Below are positions 40,701 to 53,620 of a stretch of 64,000 nucleotides of DNA, in pieces. The notes beneath the pieces are model-generated. The model saw only the letters and a list, made by a program, of their open reading frames with translations. It had not been told where the DNA came from and searched no databases. The stretch comes from Phyllobates terribilis (Eukaryota). The stretch covers positions 120,528,001-120,592,000 of the forward strand of contig NW_027362765.1 of NCBI RefSeq assembly GCF_046119375.1. The letters are read 5' to 3'. Every line of letters begins with the position of its first letter. The first letter of the stretch is position 1. Position numbers and translations under genes: made by a program.

Positions 40701-43700
40701 ACATAGCAAACAACAAGTACAATAATTTGAACAAAACCGAGTCACCGATTGTTACAGGAGGAGCGAGGACCCTGCCCGCGAGGGCTCACAGTCTACAAGG
40801 GATGGGTGAGGGTAGAGCTGGTCGTGCAGCGGTATGGTGGTTACTGCAGGTTGTAGGCTTGTCGGAAGAGGTGGGTCTTCAGGTTCCTTTTGAAGGTTTC
40901 CACGGTAGGCGAGGGTCTGATATGTTGGGGTCGAGAGTCCCAGAGTAGGGGGGGATGCACGGGAGAAATCTTGTATGTGATTGTGGGTAGAGGAGATAAG
41001 AGGGGAGTAGAGAAGGAGATCTTGTGAGGATCGGAGGTTGTGTGCAGGTAAGTACTGGGAGACTAGGTCACAGATGTATGGAGGAGACAGGTTGTGGATG
41101 GCTTTGTATGCCATGGTTAGGGTCTTGAACTGGAGTCTCTGCGTAATGGGGAGCCAGTGAAGGGATTGACAGAGGGGAGAGGCGGGGGACAGGTGGATTA
41201 GTCGGGCAGCAGAGTTTAGGATAGACTGGAGGGGTGCGAGAGTGTTGGAAGGGATGCCACAGAGCAGGAGGTTGCAGTAGTCAAGGCGGGAGATGATGAG
41301 GGCGTGCACTAGTGTTTTTGCAGATTCATGGTTGAGGAATGTGCGGATCCAGGAGATATTTTTGAGTTGGAGTCGGCAGGAAGTGTAAAGGGCTTGGATA
41401 TGTGGTTTGAAGGAGAGATTAGAGTCCAGGGTTACCCCAAGGCAGCGAGCTTGCGGGACTGGGGAGAGTGGGCAGCCATTGACTTTGATGGATAGGTTGG
41501 TTGGGGGGGATGAATGAGACGGTGGAAAGATGATGAATTCTCTTTTATCCATGTTAAGTTTTAGAACTCTAGCAGAGAAGAAGGATGAAATAGCGGACAG
41601 ACATTGTGGGATTCTGGTTAGTAAGGAGGTGATATCAGGTCCGGAGAGGTAGATCTGTGTGTCATCAGCATAGAGGTGATACTGACAGCCGTGACACTCT
41701 GAGCTGTCCTAGGCCAAAGGTGTAGATGGAGAAGAGCAGGGGGCCTAGAACTGAACCTTGGGGGACACCGACAGATAGGGGGCAAGATGAGGAGGTGGTG
41801 TGTGTTTGGGAGACGCTGAATGTCCGGTCTGTTAGGTATGAGGAGATCCAAGATAGGGCCAAGTCTTTGATGCCAAGAGATTACAGTGTCGGTAGTAAGA
41901 GGGAATGGTCCACTGTGTTAAAGGCAGATGACAAGTCCAGGAGGAGGAGGACAGAGTAGTGTCGCTTGGATTTGGCAGTTAGTAGGTCTTTTGTGACACA
42001 CTATACGGTGTGGAGGGTCCTGTATACAGTGTGTAGAGTGTGAATTTAGTGTACACACCTCCTACTCATCATAAACACTTGTGGCCACCAGAGGGCAGCA
42101 GAGCAGATGCGTAAATAAGATGGTTGACATTTTTTATTGTCTTCCCCATTTCCAGAGTTACGCTTCTCCATTCTTATATTACAATTTGACAGATACATTC
42201 CAGGGTCGATGCCCCCAAATTAAGTCAGCAGCACAGACCAGTGAATTACCTCTGTCTGATCTCATCTTCAGGTCTCTCTGTACTACAACAACGTCAGAAC
42301 GTCATTTCACTTTGGTAAGATGCAGGATGCGCCATCCGAGCAGTACCAGGACCGCTTCCACGGAGCCCTGCCATACCCAAGAGCAACAGCATCCGGGTCG
42401 CAGCCTGTGCAAAACCGAACCCAACCAACATTACCCTCCATTATTCCTGTCCCCAAACACAGGTGAGGGAAGGGTGCACCCTTGTATTGTCATTTTTGCA
42501 ATTTCCCATCTTAATCACTGGAATAATCTAGGTCTATTGCAGGGAAATGTTTACATTCCCTGATTCCCAACTCTGCTTTGTGGCAGTGAACAGAAATATT
42601 GTTTACTTGATACCAGTTGGTGAGAAGTTGGCTTGGACTCTTGATCTCATGTCTGTTTTCTCTCCAGGCTTGATGAGGCGATCGCAGCAGCCGCTCTGAC
42701 CAGCCTGTCATCGGGGCCTTTGGTGCTGCCAGCAGGAACAGGTATCTATATACATCTATAGCTTTTACACTGTAAAGGGGGAGTTTACCCATCAGTGCCC
42801 TGCCCTGGCATGGCATGACTACTGCCCGGCTGCTTCCAATCTTCCCTTCTGGTAATCTGTTTAGCCAGGGAACCCCTACAGCCAGTTACTGATCTGAATT
42901 GTATATGGCACAACACCACTGAGACCATTAATTGACTGCAGGCCCCGCGTGACCACTGCAGTCAATTACTGGCCTGACTTTTATATAGCACAAGACTGCT
43001 GAGACCTTTCATTGACTGCAGCGGTCACATGGGGACTGTAGCCAAGGTACACAGAAGACGGGAGGGGAGGTTTGGCAATAAAGCATTTAAGTGTACATTA
43101 TTTATTTAGTTTAGCTGTGCTGCCATCTGTGTGCAGTTTTTTCATTAAAAGGTTTGTCCAGGTTTTTCATGAAATTCTGCAGTCGCTCTATGTGACTGCT
43201 GATTTGTGACCTCACATTGCACGCTGTGAGGATTCTCCTGTGCTGGCGGTGAGACTGAGCAATCATGTGACTTCAAGCATGCAATATGCATTCCTCTGGC
43301 TACATTCCGACTAGACGTGCATGGCCTCACTCAATTCACTTGTATTGAGTGAGATCGCGTATGTCTAGTCAGAATGTGGCCCGGGAGTATGCATATCGCA
43401 TACTTGCGGACATATTACCGCTTGCTGTCGCCAACGGCATCGGAAAATCCTCACAGCGCGTGCTTTGAGGATTGAAAAGTCAGCAGTCACATTGAGTGTA
43501 CCGCAGACTTTTGGGAAAAACCTACACAACTTGAATTTACACGCAGTAACTGCTAATGGCCTGCAGATGGAGCTAGTCACACATTACTCACACTGTAGCT
43601 ATGCCACCTAAGTGATGATGTTAGGGTGCACAAACCTTTCATCTCTTCCTTTTACGTATCCCAATGAAGAACCCTAGAATTAGCTCATTTGAGGTGAATG

Positions 43701-46700
43701 ATAACAGGAAACAATAGACTATTTAGATGTTATTGTGGGAAAAAAGCCATTAACTTCATAGCAATAAGGCTTTAGGCTTGGTGTCCCTTTTAACCTGCAT
43801 CCATGACTTATTATAAGTTTTTGTACTGTTTTAACCCCTGCGTTCCTGATCCATTTACAGGATGTCACAGTGAACATTGCATGGAGAACGCCATCAATTC
43901 ATCAAGCTCAAGCAGTTCCAACAGCTGTGAACTGTATATGTCCATACCTTCCACGCCGTCCCCTCCGCTGCAGGCCGCACCCTCCTTGGCATGTGCCGAT
44001 GCCGGACTAGAGGACTCTGACACCACTCACTTTCTGTTTGGTGAACCTGTTCCCCGGAAGAGGAAGGTAACGGCACAAATATTTCTTTAATACCACCTCC
44101 ATTGATCGATATTGATGCCTTCACATAATAGACCAATCTTGAGATCTACATTCCGTTCCTACAGAACTCGGGGAGGCTAATGTTCCGCTGTCTCTGGAAG
44201 AATTGCGAGAAAGTTCTCAGCACATCTGCTGCAATACAAAAGCATATCCGTACCGAACATCTGGGGTGAGTGTGATAATGGGGTGCAGCTTTTATATTGA
44301 CATTGTCCGGCTGCTCGTCCTTAGAAGCCAGTCTGTCTCAGGCTTTCAGGTGAAGGCTTAAAGGGATTGTACGAGGTTTGGAATTATGACTTAACCATTA
44401 GATAGGGGCAGGGCTGTGGAGTCGGAGTCTGTGTCCATTTTGGTGGAGTCAGTATAAAATGGACTGATTCAGACTCCTAAAATAATAAATTGGGTACAGT
44501 AGTACAATGCAGGATGTACTGTAAATTCTTTCATAAGAATTTGGGAAAGTTATGAAATGTCCTTTAAATGTCTGTTCTGTTCCTGATTTAAGGATTTCGG
44601 CTTTTAGTTGAGATTAATTTGTGCTGCACTTTATGTACATGCTCAGTAGTGGGGCAGTGCTGTGGAGTCGGAGTCAGGGAAATTGAGGAGTCGGAGTCTG
44701 TGGTTTGGCTTACCGACTCCACAGCCCTTCCCGATCATTAAGGATCTGACCGCTGATTCCGGGACCCTTGTGTAAATGGATCGGTGGTCGATCATGTGCA
44801 CTTCTCCATTCATTCTCTGTAGGACCACTAGCGATAATCAAGTACAGATTTTGGCTGGTCTTCGGCACTCCCATTAAGAATGAATGGAGCAGAGGTGCAC
44901 ATGGTCGCTCACCGCTCCATTCACACAGGTTATTCAGAGCCTAAGTTCTCGGGATCTCTGGGGGTCCCGACGATTGGGAAGTTATCCCCTAGCCTATGGC
45001 TAGAGAATAACTACTAAAGTTGGTACAACCCCTTTATTGTCGATTTGATAACCCTACAACATCGAAACCATTCAAGGTTTTTACACAGATTGTTTATTAG
45101 CAATATCAGAAGTAACTTGTCATATACAGGGCCTTGCAAAATAATTCCCCTCCCAAGAACGCTGCAAGTTTATCTACATTACAAATGACACTCAAGTCAC
45201 AGATTTTCCTTAAATTACATTAACGACCCCCATCCACATTACAAGAACATGAATGGGACCCTCCAATCTTCAAATGAGTATGGGGTCTCTCAACTTTCAC
45301 CCACAGATGATGTAAAGGGAAAGAAAGATTGGGCATATTGAATTCAATCACTTAATCCCATTGTTCTTAAGGGAGATAAGCTGTAGTCAGAAGTCAAAGT
45401 CTCTGGCTGCAGCTTACACCTCTCTCCTTATTAGTTTAGTTGCAGAAAAAGGAGCTGAATACTTTTGCAACTCTCATGTAACACAGCCTTATCAGTCTGC
45501 TCACCTGTAGTTTATGTTCTACAGACCCCGTGCAGAACCAGAGCACAATGACGGTGAAGAAGACTTCTACTACACCGAGATGGACGTGAATGTGGACACA
45601 CTGACAGATGGACTATCCAGTCTGACTCCCACGTCTCCTACCACCACCGCGCCCCCTCCTCCCTTCCTTTGTGCTGGGTCCCTCGGAGCTGCCAACAACA
45701 TGGAGCTGCCGCTGGTATCTCCCCTCAGTTTGTCGGCCCCCAGCACCCTTTGCCACGTGCACTCCGACCACGCCTATCAAGTGAGTACACCTGTGCACAG
45801 CCTTAGGGCTTTTTCACACGTCAGTGTGTCCGGTACATGTGGTGACAGTTTCCAAACGTACTGGAGACGCTGACACATTTAGACCCATTCAAATGAATGG
45901 ATCTGTGCACATGTCAGTGTGTTTCCACGGACCGTGTGTCCGTGGGCAAAACATGCTGACATGTCCGTTTTTACCCACAGCACGGGCCGAAAAACGTTCC
46001 ACACTGATGACACACGGATGACTTCTGTGTGTCATCCGTGTGACACGTACTGGCGCCTGGGAATCAGCGGTAGTTAGCGCTGTTCCCAAGCGCCGGGTGC
46101 TGAAGCGATCACTCATCATTGTCCCCTGCTGGCGCTGCGATCAGCGCTAGCAAGGGACAATGTTTTATTCTGCTGCCGATGTCTTAAAAAGCTGTAAAAA
46201 TAAGAATAAAATAAACAAATCAATATACTCACCTGTCTTGAAGCGACCACCCATGCCGACGAGCCGGGGAGAATGACTCACTGCAGCGAGTGGGCCCCGG
46301 AGCTGCGCTGAGCTCATGAGCGGTGTCCTGTCACTCACTGAGCTCAGCGCAGCTCTGGGGCTCGCTTGCTGGAGCGAGTCATTCTCCCCGGCATGAGCGG
46401 TCAGATGGTTTACTGCGGGGAAAATCTTCAGACAGGTGAGTATTACGATTTTTTTTATTTTATTCTTATTTTTATACCAGGACACAGTGGGAGCAGAATA
46501 CTACTCTAAACAATGCCCCTTGCTCGCGCTGAATGCTGTTCAGCACCCGGCGCTTGGGAACAGCGCAAACTGTACCACTGATTCCCAAGCGCCGGTACGT
46601 GTGATCCTGATGCGACACACGGTTGCCACACAGGTGGACACAGATATCTCCGGTACTGGAAATATCCGGAAGGCTGAAAGAGGCCTTAGTGGCGATGGTC

Positions 46701-49700
46701 ATTCTGATCTGGGTTGATCTTCTCCTCTTAAAGGGAAATCACTGACAGCTGCCATAGGTAAATGACTTATCACACTATAGGAGCTTGCCACTTTCCAGCT
46801 ATGCTGCAGTCTTTCCCTATGTGCCCTCACTTCACAGTGTCAGACACAGGTTTTATGGCTTCTCCTCCTGTTCTGCCCACAGGCTCCTTCTCCTGTCAGC
46901 GTCTCCTTTACATCCAAGGTCAACTTCTCTTGGCAGTCTCCTCCGCCCCTGCTCATCAAAGCTCCCCCAGTAAGTATTGCCTTTACTTCAATAATTAAAG
47001 GGGTTTTCCAGCAATAGTCTAAATAAAACCTCCACGCAAAACTAACTCATCTCTTGCAGGGCTTGAGGGTAATGGAGCACCTAGGTCACCCTGCTCCTTC
47101 TGTACCTGCACTAGGTATAACTTTGTCTGGAATGACCCTTTAACCACTTAACAACGAACATTGTACGTTTACGACACTCATCAGAAGAAGATGAATGGAG
47201 CGGGCTCAGCTCCATTCCCAGCCGATGATGGCTGTGTTATTCAGTCATCATGTGCCTCAAACAGCTGCCAGTGGAGCGGTGCTCTGACTGCGGCTAATAA
47301 CTTGTTAAATGTCGCTGTCATTCTCAGACAGCGGCATTTATAGAGCGTGGCCCATGGGGTGTGCTGTTCTAACCACTCATCACCCACCCACTCCCTCATA
47401 ACATGATTCCGCTGCACTGCTGAATAGCCATGAGTTGGGGCCTGGCTGAAGACCACCGTGACGGTCAAGATGGTGCTCTTGTGAACACTAGCCTTTGGTT
47501 GGCATTCATAGGAAGCCATGATTTGTGTTATATACTGTGGTACCGCTGTATATACAGTGGATACGGAAAGTATCCCCTGTGATACGGAAAGTATTCCGAC
47601 CCCTTTAAATGTTTCACTCTTTGTTTCATTGCTGCCATTTGGTAAATTCTAAAAAGTAATTTTTTTTTCTCATTAAAGTACACTCTGCACCCCATCTTGA
47701 CTAAAAAAAAAACAGAAATGTAGAAATTTTTGCAAACTTATTAAAAAAGAAAAACTAAAATATCACATGGTCATAAGTATTCAGACCCTTTGCTCAGTAT
47801 TGAGTAGAAGCACCCTTTTCAGCTAGTACAGCCATGAGTCTTCTTGGTAATGATGCAAGTTTTTCACACCTGGATTTGGGGATCCGCTGCCATTCTTCCT
47901 TGCAGATCCTCTCCAGTTCCGTCAGGTTGGATGGTGAACGTTGGTGGACAGCCATTTTCAGGTCTCTCCAGAGATGCTCAATTGGGTTTAGGTCAGGGCT
48001 CTGCCTGGGCCAGTCAAGAATGGTCACAGAGTTGTTCTGAAGCTACTCCTTTGTTATTTTAGATATGTGCTTAGGGTCATTGGAAAGTAAACCTTCGGCC
48101 AAGTCTGAGGTTCAGAGCACTCTGGAGGAGGTTTTCATCCAGGATATCTCTGTACTTGGCCGCATTCATGTTTCCTTCAATTGCAACTTGTCAACCTGTC
48201 CCTGCAGCTGAAAAACACCCCCATAGCATGATGCTGCCACCACCATGTTTCACTGTTGGGATTGTATTGGGCAGGTGATGAGCAGTGCCTGGTTTTCTCC
48301 ACACATACCGCTTAGTCTTATCACCAAAAAGTTCTATCTTCGTCTCATCAGACCAGAGAATCTTATTTCTCATAGTCTGGGAGTCCTTCATGTGTTTTTG
48401 AGCAAATTCTATGCGGGCTTTCATATGGAGAGGCTTCCATCGGACCACTGCCATAAAGGCCCGACTGGTGGAGGGCTGCAGTGATAGTTGACTTTGTGGA
48501 ACTTTCTCCCATCTCCCTACTGCATCTCTGGAGCTTAGCCACAGTGATCTTAGGGTTCTTCTTTACCTCTCTCACCAAGGCTCTTCTCCCACGATTGCTC
48601 AGTTTGGCTTGATGGTCAGGCCTAGGAAGACTTCTGGTGGTCCCAAACTTCTTCCATTTAAGGATTATGGAGGCCACTGTTCTCTTAGGAACCTTGAGTA
48701 ATGCAAAAATTCTTTTATAACCTTGGCCAGATCTGTGCCTTGTCACAATTCTGTCTCTGAGCTCCTTGGGCAGTTCCTTTGAGCTCATGATTCTCATTTG
48801 GTCTGACATGCACTGTGAGCTGTGAGGTCTTATATAGACAGGTGTGTGCCTTTCCAAATCAAGTCCTATCAGTTTAATTAAACACAGCTGGACTCCAATG
48901 AGGAGTAAAACCATCTCAAGGAGGATCACAAGGAAATGGACAGCATGTGACTTAAATATGAGTGTCTGAGCAAAGGGTCTGAATACTTATGACCATGTGA
49001 TATTTTAGTTTTTCTTTTTTAATAAATTTGCAAAAATTTCTACATTTCTGTTTTTTTTCAGTCAAGATGGGGTGCAGAGTGTACTTTAATGAGAAAAAAA
49101 TGAACTTTTTAGAATTTACCAAATGGCTGCAATGAAGCAGAGTGAAAAATGTAAAGGGGTCTGAATACTTTCCGTACCCACTGTAATATAAATAATAATA
49201 ATAATATAATAATAATAAATCTAAACTCCAGAATTCCATTTTTTTTTTGTCCTCACAACTCAGCAAAAAATTCAATAAGAAGCAATGAAAGCGTCGTATC
49301 TACTCAAACACGGTATCAAAAAAAAAAATGTCAGGTCGCTTCGGAAAAAATCAAACTCTCACACAGTTACACAGACCTCATATTGAAAATGGCGACACAA
49401 GCAATTTTTTTTTCTCTTACAAATTAAAAAAAAATGTTTTTCACCACTTACCAAACTTCCATAGTTTTTTTTTTTATCGCCGCAACAGTACTGACCTGGA
49501 AAATCGTATTACATGGTCGTTGTTACTGCACAATGAACGCCATAAAAAGAAATGAAGAATCACTTTTTTTTTTTTTGCAATTTCACTTCTCTTGGAATTT
49601 TCATTCCTATTTTGCAGTACATTATATGATAAAAATTAATAACGTCATTCAAAAGAACAAGTTGTCCGGCAGAAAATCAGCCCTCACATGGAAAAATCAG

Positions 49701-50567
49701 AACGTTATGACTTGGAAAAAAGGGAGGGAAAAAAACAAAAAATGGTCCGGTCCTTAAAGGGCTAACTGCATGTATGTAAGCCTGCATGAACACAGAGGCC
49801 GAGAGACATTCATGGTGGAAATCAGTGTGACACTAGGTTTACCGCAGTAGGATGTGAAGAGACTAGAGATGGTGCGAGTCGATTCACAGGACCCGGTCCA
49901 GTGGCCACGTCATTAATCTGTGGCCATCAGACAGGAGCCGCCTCCTGCCTGCCAGTATCCGCTGCACAGCCCAGCGCGATGACATATGTGCGCAACGTTT
50001 CACTAGGTCGGACGATAAAAGATTCACAGGGCTACCGTCTGACAGCAATAGGCCACTGATTTGGTCACTGGTCTGCAAATCGATTGGATAATTTGTAGAA
50101 GAGACCTACTGGATCCCCCAGGGCTTATTTTTGCAATATTTGATTTCTTGCCTTTCGCTGTAGGTTCGTCCCACATTGAATATCAGTGAGAAAAGGCCGC
50201 AGATCCTGACCGCCCCACCGAATATAAAGCAAGTGCCCGGCACTCGGTGAGCAGCACAATCTCCTTCGTCTGTGTCTCTGTTATGTGCAGTTTGGTGTGC
50301 CTGTAACGGGGGCTAGTCGGTGGTGTGATGTGACCTGTCATGTGATTGCTGCAGCTGCTCAAGCAAAATCACGCTTTACGTGTCCGGCAAGTATCTTAAG
50401 GGCTTACCAGAGGTCCGCCTCTGATCCAGGCCACGTATTCTTCCCTCTTCCCCAGGAAGCCTCGTGGGGAAGCAAAGAAATGCCGAAAAGTGTACGGGAT
50501 GGAACGGAAAGACATGTGGTGCACTGCCTGCCGCTGGAAGAAGGCCTGTCAGAGATTCATAGACTGA
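37697..50567 (+). CDS. SLC2A4RG: SLC2A4 regulator (GLUT4 enhancer factor; ZNF395/ZNF704 family), about 416 aa
   Basis: Exons 37697-37837 (first exon least certain), 42272-42462, 42668-42741 ([14 protein letters not shown]), 43861-44066 ([13 protein letters not shown]), 44165-44265 (C2H2 [10 protein letters not shown]...KHIRTEH), 45525-45780 ([10 protein letters not shown]), 46883-46969, 50164-50246, 50456-50567 (C-clamp [30 protein letters not shown]). Total 1251 nt, phases consistent. Synteny favours SLC2A4RG over its paralogues. Confidence 0.9.
37875..38455. repeat. GC-rich 30-33 bp minisatellite in SLC2A4RG intron 1
   Basis: About 4 copies of ccccctcatagtgtccccgagggccacacac grading into about 13 copies of ccccctgctcgcggtgtcaccgggggccccaca. 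Confidence 0.93.
38577..38899. mobile_element. hAT MITE with (ggagtc)n subterminal repeats
   Basis: TIRs cagggctgtggagtcgg / ccgactccacagccctg; TSD gttatcgg / gttatcag (7 of 8). Confidence 0.85.
40086..41990 (-). mobile_element. 5'-truncated L2/CR1-clade LINE (RT C-terminal half and 3' tail), interrupted by a MITE
   Basis: [25 protein letters not shown]-type motif, LGVTLDS, LHWLPI; (TAA)n tail near 40086-40100. Confidence 0.88.
40113..40665. mobile_element. TTAA-target palindromic MITE (T2/Kolobok-like)
   Basis: TTAA on both sides (40109-40112, 40666-40669); ends agcgcacctgtcagcagg / cctgctgacaggtgcact; arms complementary over about 270 bp. Confidence 0.9.
44409..44729. mobile_element. Second copy of the (ggagtc)n hAT MITE, opposite orientation
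   Basis: cagggctgtggagtcgg ... ccgactccacagccct; internal sequence is the reverse complement of 38577-38899. Confidence 0.8.
45807..46685. mobile_element. Harbinger-type MITE
   Basis: ggctttttcacac / gctgaaagaggcc ends flanked by tta(g); internal inverted repeats. Confidence 0.5.
47555..49183 (-). mobile_element. Defective Tc1 transposon in an SLC2A4RG intron
   Basis: TA TSD; long TIRs (cagtggatacggaaagtat / atactttccgtacccactg); fragmented transposase [15 protein letters not shown]..., [23 protein letters not shown]. Confidence 0.92.
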
Positions 50568-52329
50568 GGGCTGCAGCCGCTAAACCTCAACTGCCCCTAG
50601 GGGGCGCAACTGAGCTTTTGAATTTTTCACCCCTCCCCTCTAAAAACTCAGTTTTATTCCCAGCCTTTTGTGCAAAGCTCCCGATGATTCAGGACTGTTG
50701 TTATACACCCAATATTTTTATACATTGACTGCATTTCTTTTGTATGGTCCGGAGCTTGCCCCCTTTTGGGCTGGACCCCGCCTAGATGGCCATGAGGAGG
50801 TTCTTCTCAGGTAACGCGCTGCCGGGTTTCTGAGATTCCTTTTGGTGGACTGTTCAGCGAGTGCGAGAAGACGAGCTTTATTTTTGATATTATGAAACGA
50901 GGAGTCGGGTTGTACGGGGCAGGGCTCAGAGAGGAAGGGAGGGATTGATGTGATTTTTAACTTTTTTTTTCGGTTTCCCCATTTTTGTAGGGTGGTCTTA
51001 AATTTTTGCTGCACTATGCTTTGCACTTTTTGGAGGCTCTGTGGACATGGAGGGGGCCATACAAGCTTATTCATTACTATCTTATTGCTCATACAACTGC
51101 AGGTAGGGGAGAAATACTAGGGTTTGGCTCGCTTGCAGATGGGTGAATTTAAAGGGGGTACTTAGCTAGACCCCCAAAGGCTACGCTTTTTATGATTACC
51201 ATGTCGTAAAATGTAATATCTGAAAAATCCCTTTTGATAGTTCTCCCGGTGAACTGTTCCCGCACAATGGCTGCCATGCGGTCTCTTAAGGAAGTTTTTA
51301 AACCCCTTTGCAACCCCCTAAAATTTTCAAGACAATCTCATTGATGCATCATATATCTCTCTTTTTAGTCAGTCCTTTCTTTCCTTGTTTGTCCCCGATG
51401 ATGAAATATGACAAGGATTACAAAGATATATATTTCTATCTGTCATCCAGCATGACTCTGAGAGAAGGATCTCCTTTTATACCAGAAGCGGCAGCACTGT
51501 AGTCCAGTCCAAATAGCTTGTGCTTGGTATTGCAGTTCCTCTCCATTTGCGTGAAAGCGGATGCGTTACAATACCTGACACAACCTGTAGGCGAATGTGG
51601 CGCTGTTTCTGAAATAACAGCAGGTCCTTCTTTACAATCCTGCACAGCCTTGAGGAGAAAAACAAAGATGGCAGCTATCTTCTTCCCCGTGCTAAACACC
51701 AAAGTCCTCCAGTGTAGCCACTGACTGCATACATGGCTTAGGAAGTGTATGGAGCTGTTCTCGGCCACGAGAAATATATTTTATCAATAGGACTTAATTT
51801 AACGTTTTTAATGTCTCCCCTATAATGCACATGTAAGGAAAGGAGGCTGTAATATTTCTCCCCTACCTTACAGGAGTAGTGTAATGTAGTGTAACAAATA
51901 TTATAGAACCCCCTCCATGACCAGTGCAATATAATAGTGTCATACATTTCACTGCCCCCTCCTGTACCATCTCAGGAACTGCAAGGGATGAGAAGTATTG
52001 TGCCAGGGCAGAAACGTACCTGGCTATCCCCAAGAATGCCTAGCACAAGGGACCAGGATTTTTTTTTTTTTTTAGAAGTAAGCACATCTGTAACGAGCAC
52101 ATGAGGCTATTGTCTCTCCTTAAAGCATAGAAGAAGAAGCTGGTAAAATCCAAGATTTCCTAAGAGGCACAATTTTGTGATTTAGGTTAATGAGATGCCA
52201 CTAGCGGGCGCTCGGGAGCTGAAAAATAAATCCGTATCATGAGCTCCCTCCACTGGTGCACAGCCAAAATGTTACTACATACAGTCTGGGCCGAAAGGTG
52301 TGAGACTGATACAAATTCTGGGTTTTTTT

Positions 52330-53255
52330 TTTTTTCTCCATAGTTTGTTGCTTCAGTGTTTTTTCATCTGTTAGTCAGATGGTTTTATGGATGCTGAAAT
52401 CCAATTATCAGCATTTCATAAGGTTTTACACCTTTTACTGACTTAATATTTACTGTGTTATCCCTTATTTTTCATGGCTTCTCCCTGGCAGCTGGCTATC
52501 TGCTTCTGGGCCAAATCATGACTGATGATCGCCGTTCTTATCTCATCAGTGCTCGGAGTTTATCACAATTTCTGTGATTTGTTTGTCCTCCTGTTCTTTG
52601 AGGATTAGCCACAGGTTCTCAATGGGATTGAGATCTGGAGAGTTTCCTGGCCATGGACCCAAATTGTCAATGCGTTGATCACCGATCCACTTAGTTATCA
52701 CTTTTGCCTTGTGACATGGTCTCCATCATATCGCAAAAAAGCATTGATCCTCACCAAATTGCTCCTGGATCATTGGGAGAAGTTGCTTTTGGAGGATGTT
52801 AGATCCGTGTTCTTGGGACAAATTGTGAGTGAGCCCCCTCCATGGATGAGGAGCCCCCACACATGAATGGTCTCAGGATGCTTTACTGCTGGCAGACACA
52901 GGACTCATGGTAGTGCGCACCTGTACTTCTCCGGACAATCATATCCTGAGTCTGAAGGGGGCTACATCAAGGAAAATAACTGCAGGAAGTACAGGAATTG
53001 GACTGCAGAGAACTGGGGTAAAGTAATATTCTCTAATCCCATTGAGAACCTGTGGTTGATCCTCAAAAAGTGGGAGGACAAACAAAACCACAGAAATTGT
53101 GATAAACCCCAATCACTGATGAGACAAGAACGGGCTGTCATCAGTCATGATTTGGCCCAGACACCGATATCTGGCTGTCAGGGTGAAGGGTAGAAGTCAG
53201 ATTTTATGAAAACCAAAATTTGTGTCAATCTCAAAAATTTTGCCCACATCTGTAT
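52330..53255. mobile_element. Heavily deleted and rearranged Tc1 remnant
   Basis: NPIENLW-coding segment occurs in both orientations (ccacaggttctcaatgggatt near 52610; aatcccattgagaacctgtgg near 53035). Confidence 0.55.
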
Positions 53256-53479
53256 TATATGTCTGTTATGGGAGGCAGAAGATTTGGCGCTCTGTATCAG
53301 AAAGCAGCTCTAACCCCTATAATCAAATATATCAATCATCACATAATTGTGACCCTGCTTCGATGTTAGAGAACACAACGATTGGTGCACTTTAATCCAC
53401 CGTGTGCAAGTGTTTGCGATGGCATTGCTCACGGTGACCGGTGGTTAGGCCATTGTCTCTGTAGCTTGAGAGTTGATAG

Positions 53480-53620
53480 CAGTGATCTGATTGGTTGGTG
53501 CGTGTAGAACCTTCACTTTTGGGTTCCACTTGTTATAATCATCGTAACGTAAGCATTGTCTGTTGCTATGGCAACTGACCATTGACGTTACTGGTTTGCT
53601 TCCATAGTAACCATTATCTG
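53480..53620. promoter_or_regulatory. RFX X-box-containing putative promoter or enhancer
   Basis: Near-palindromic X-box gttgctatggcaac (53562-53575), a second X-box-like gcttccatagtaac (53598-53611), tgacgt between them, and an inverted CCAAT (tgattgg) near 53488. Confidence 0.55.

Noticed and set aside
51395-51470. C/D-box snoRNA-like pattern (atgatga ... ctga)
   Set aside because: No convincing terminal stem or recognisable rRNA/snRNA guide, and it is not in a confirmed intron.
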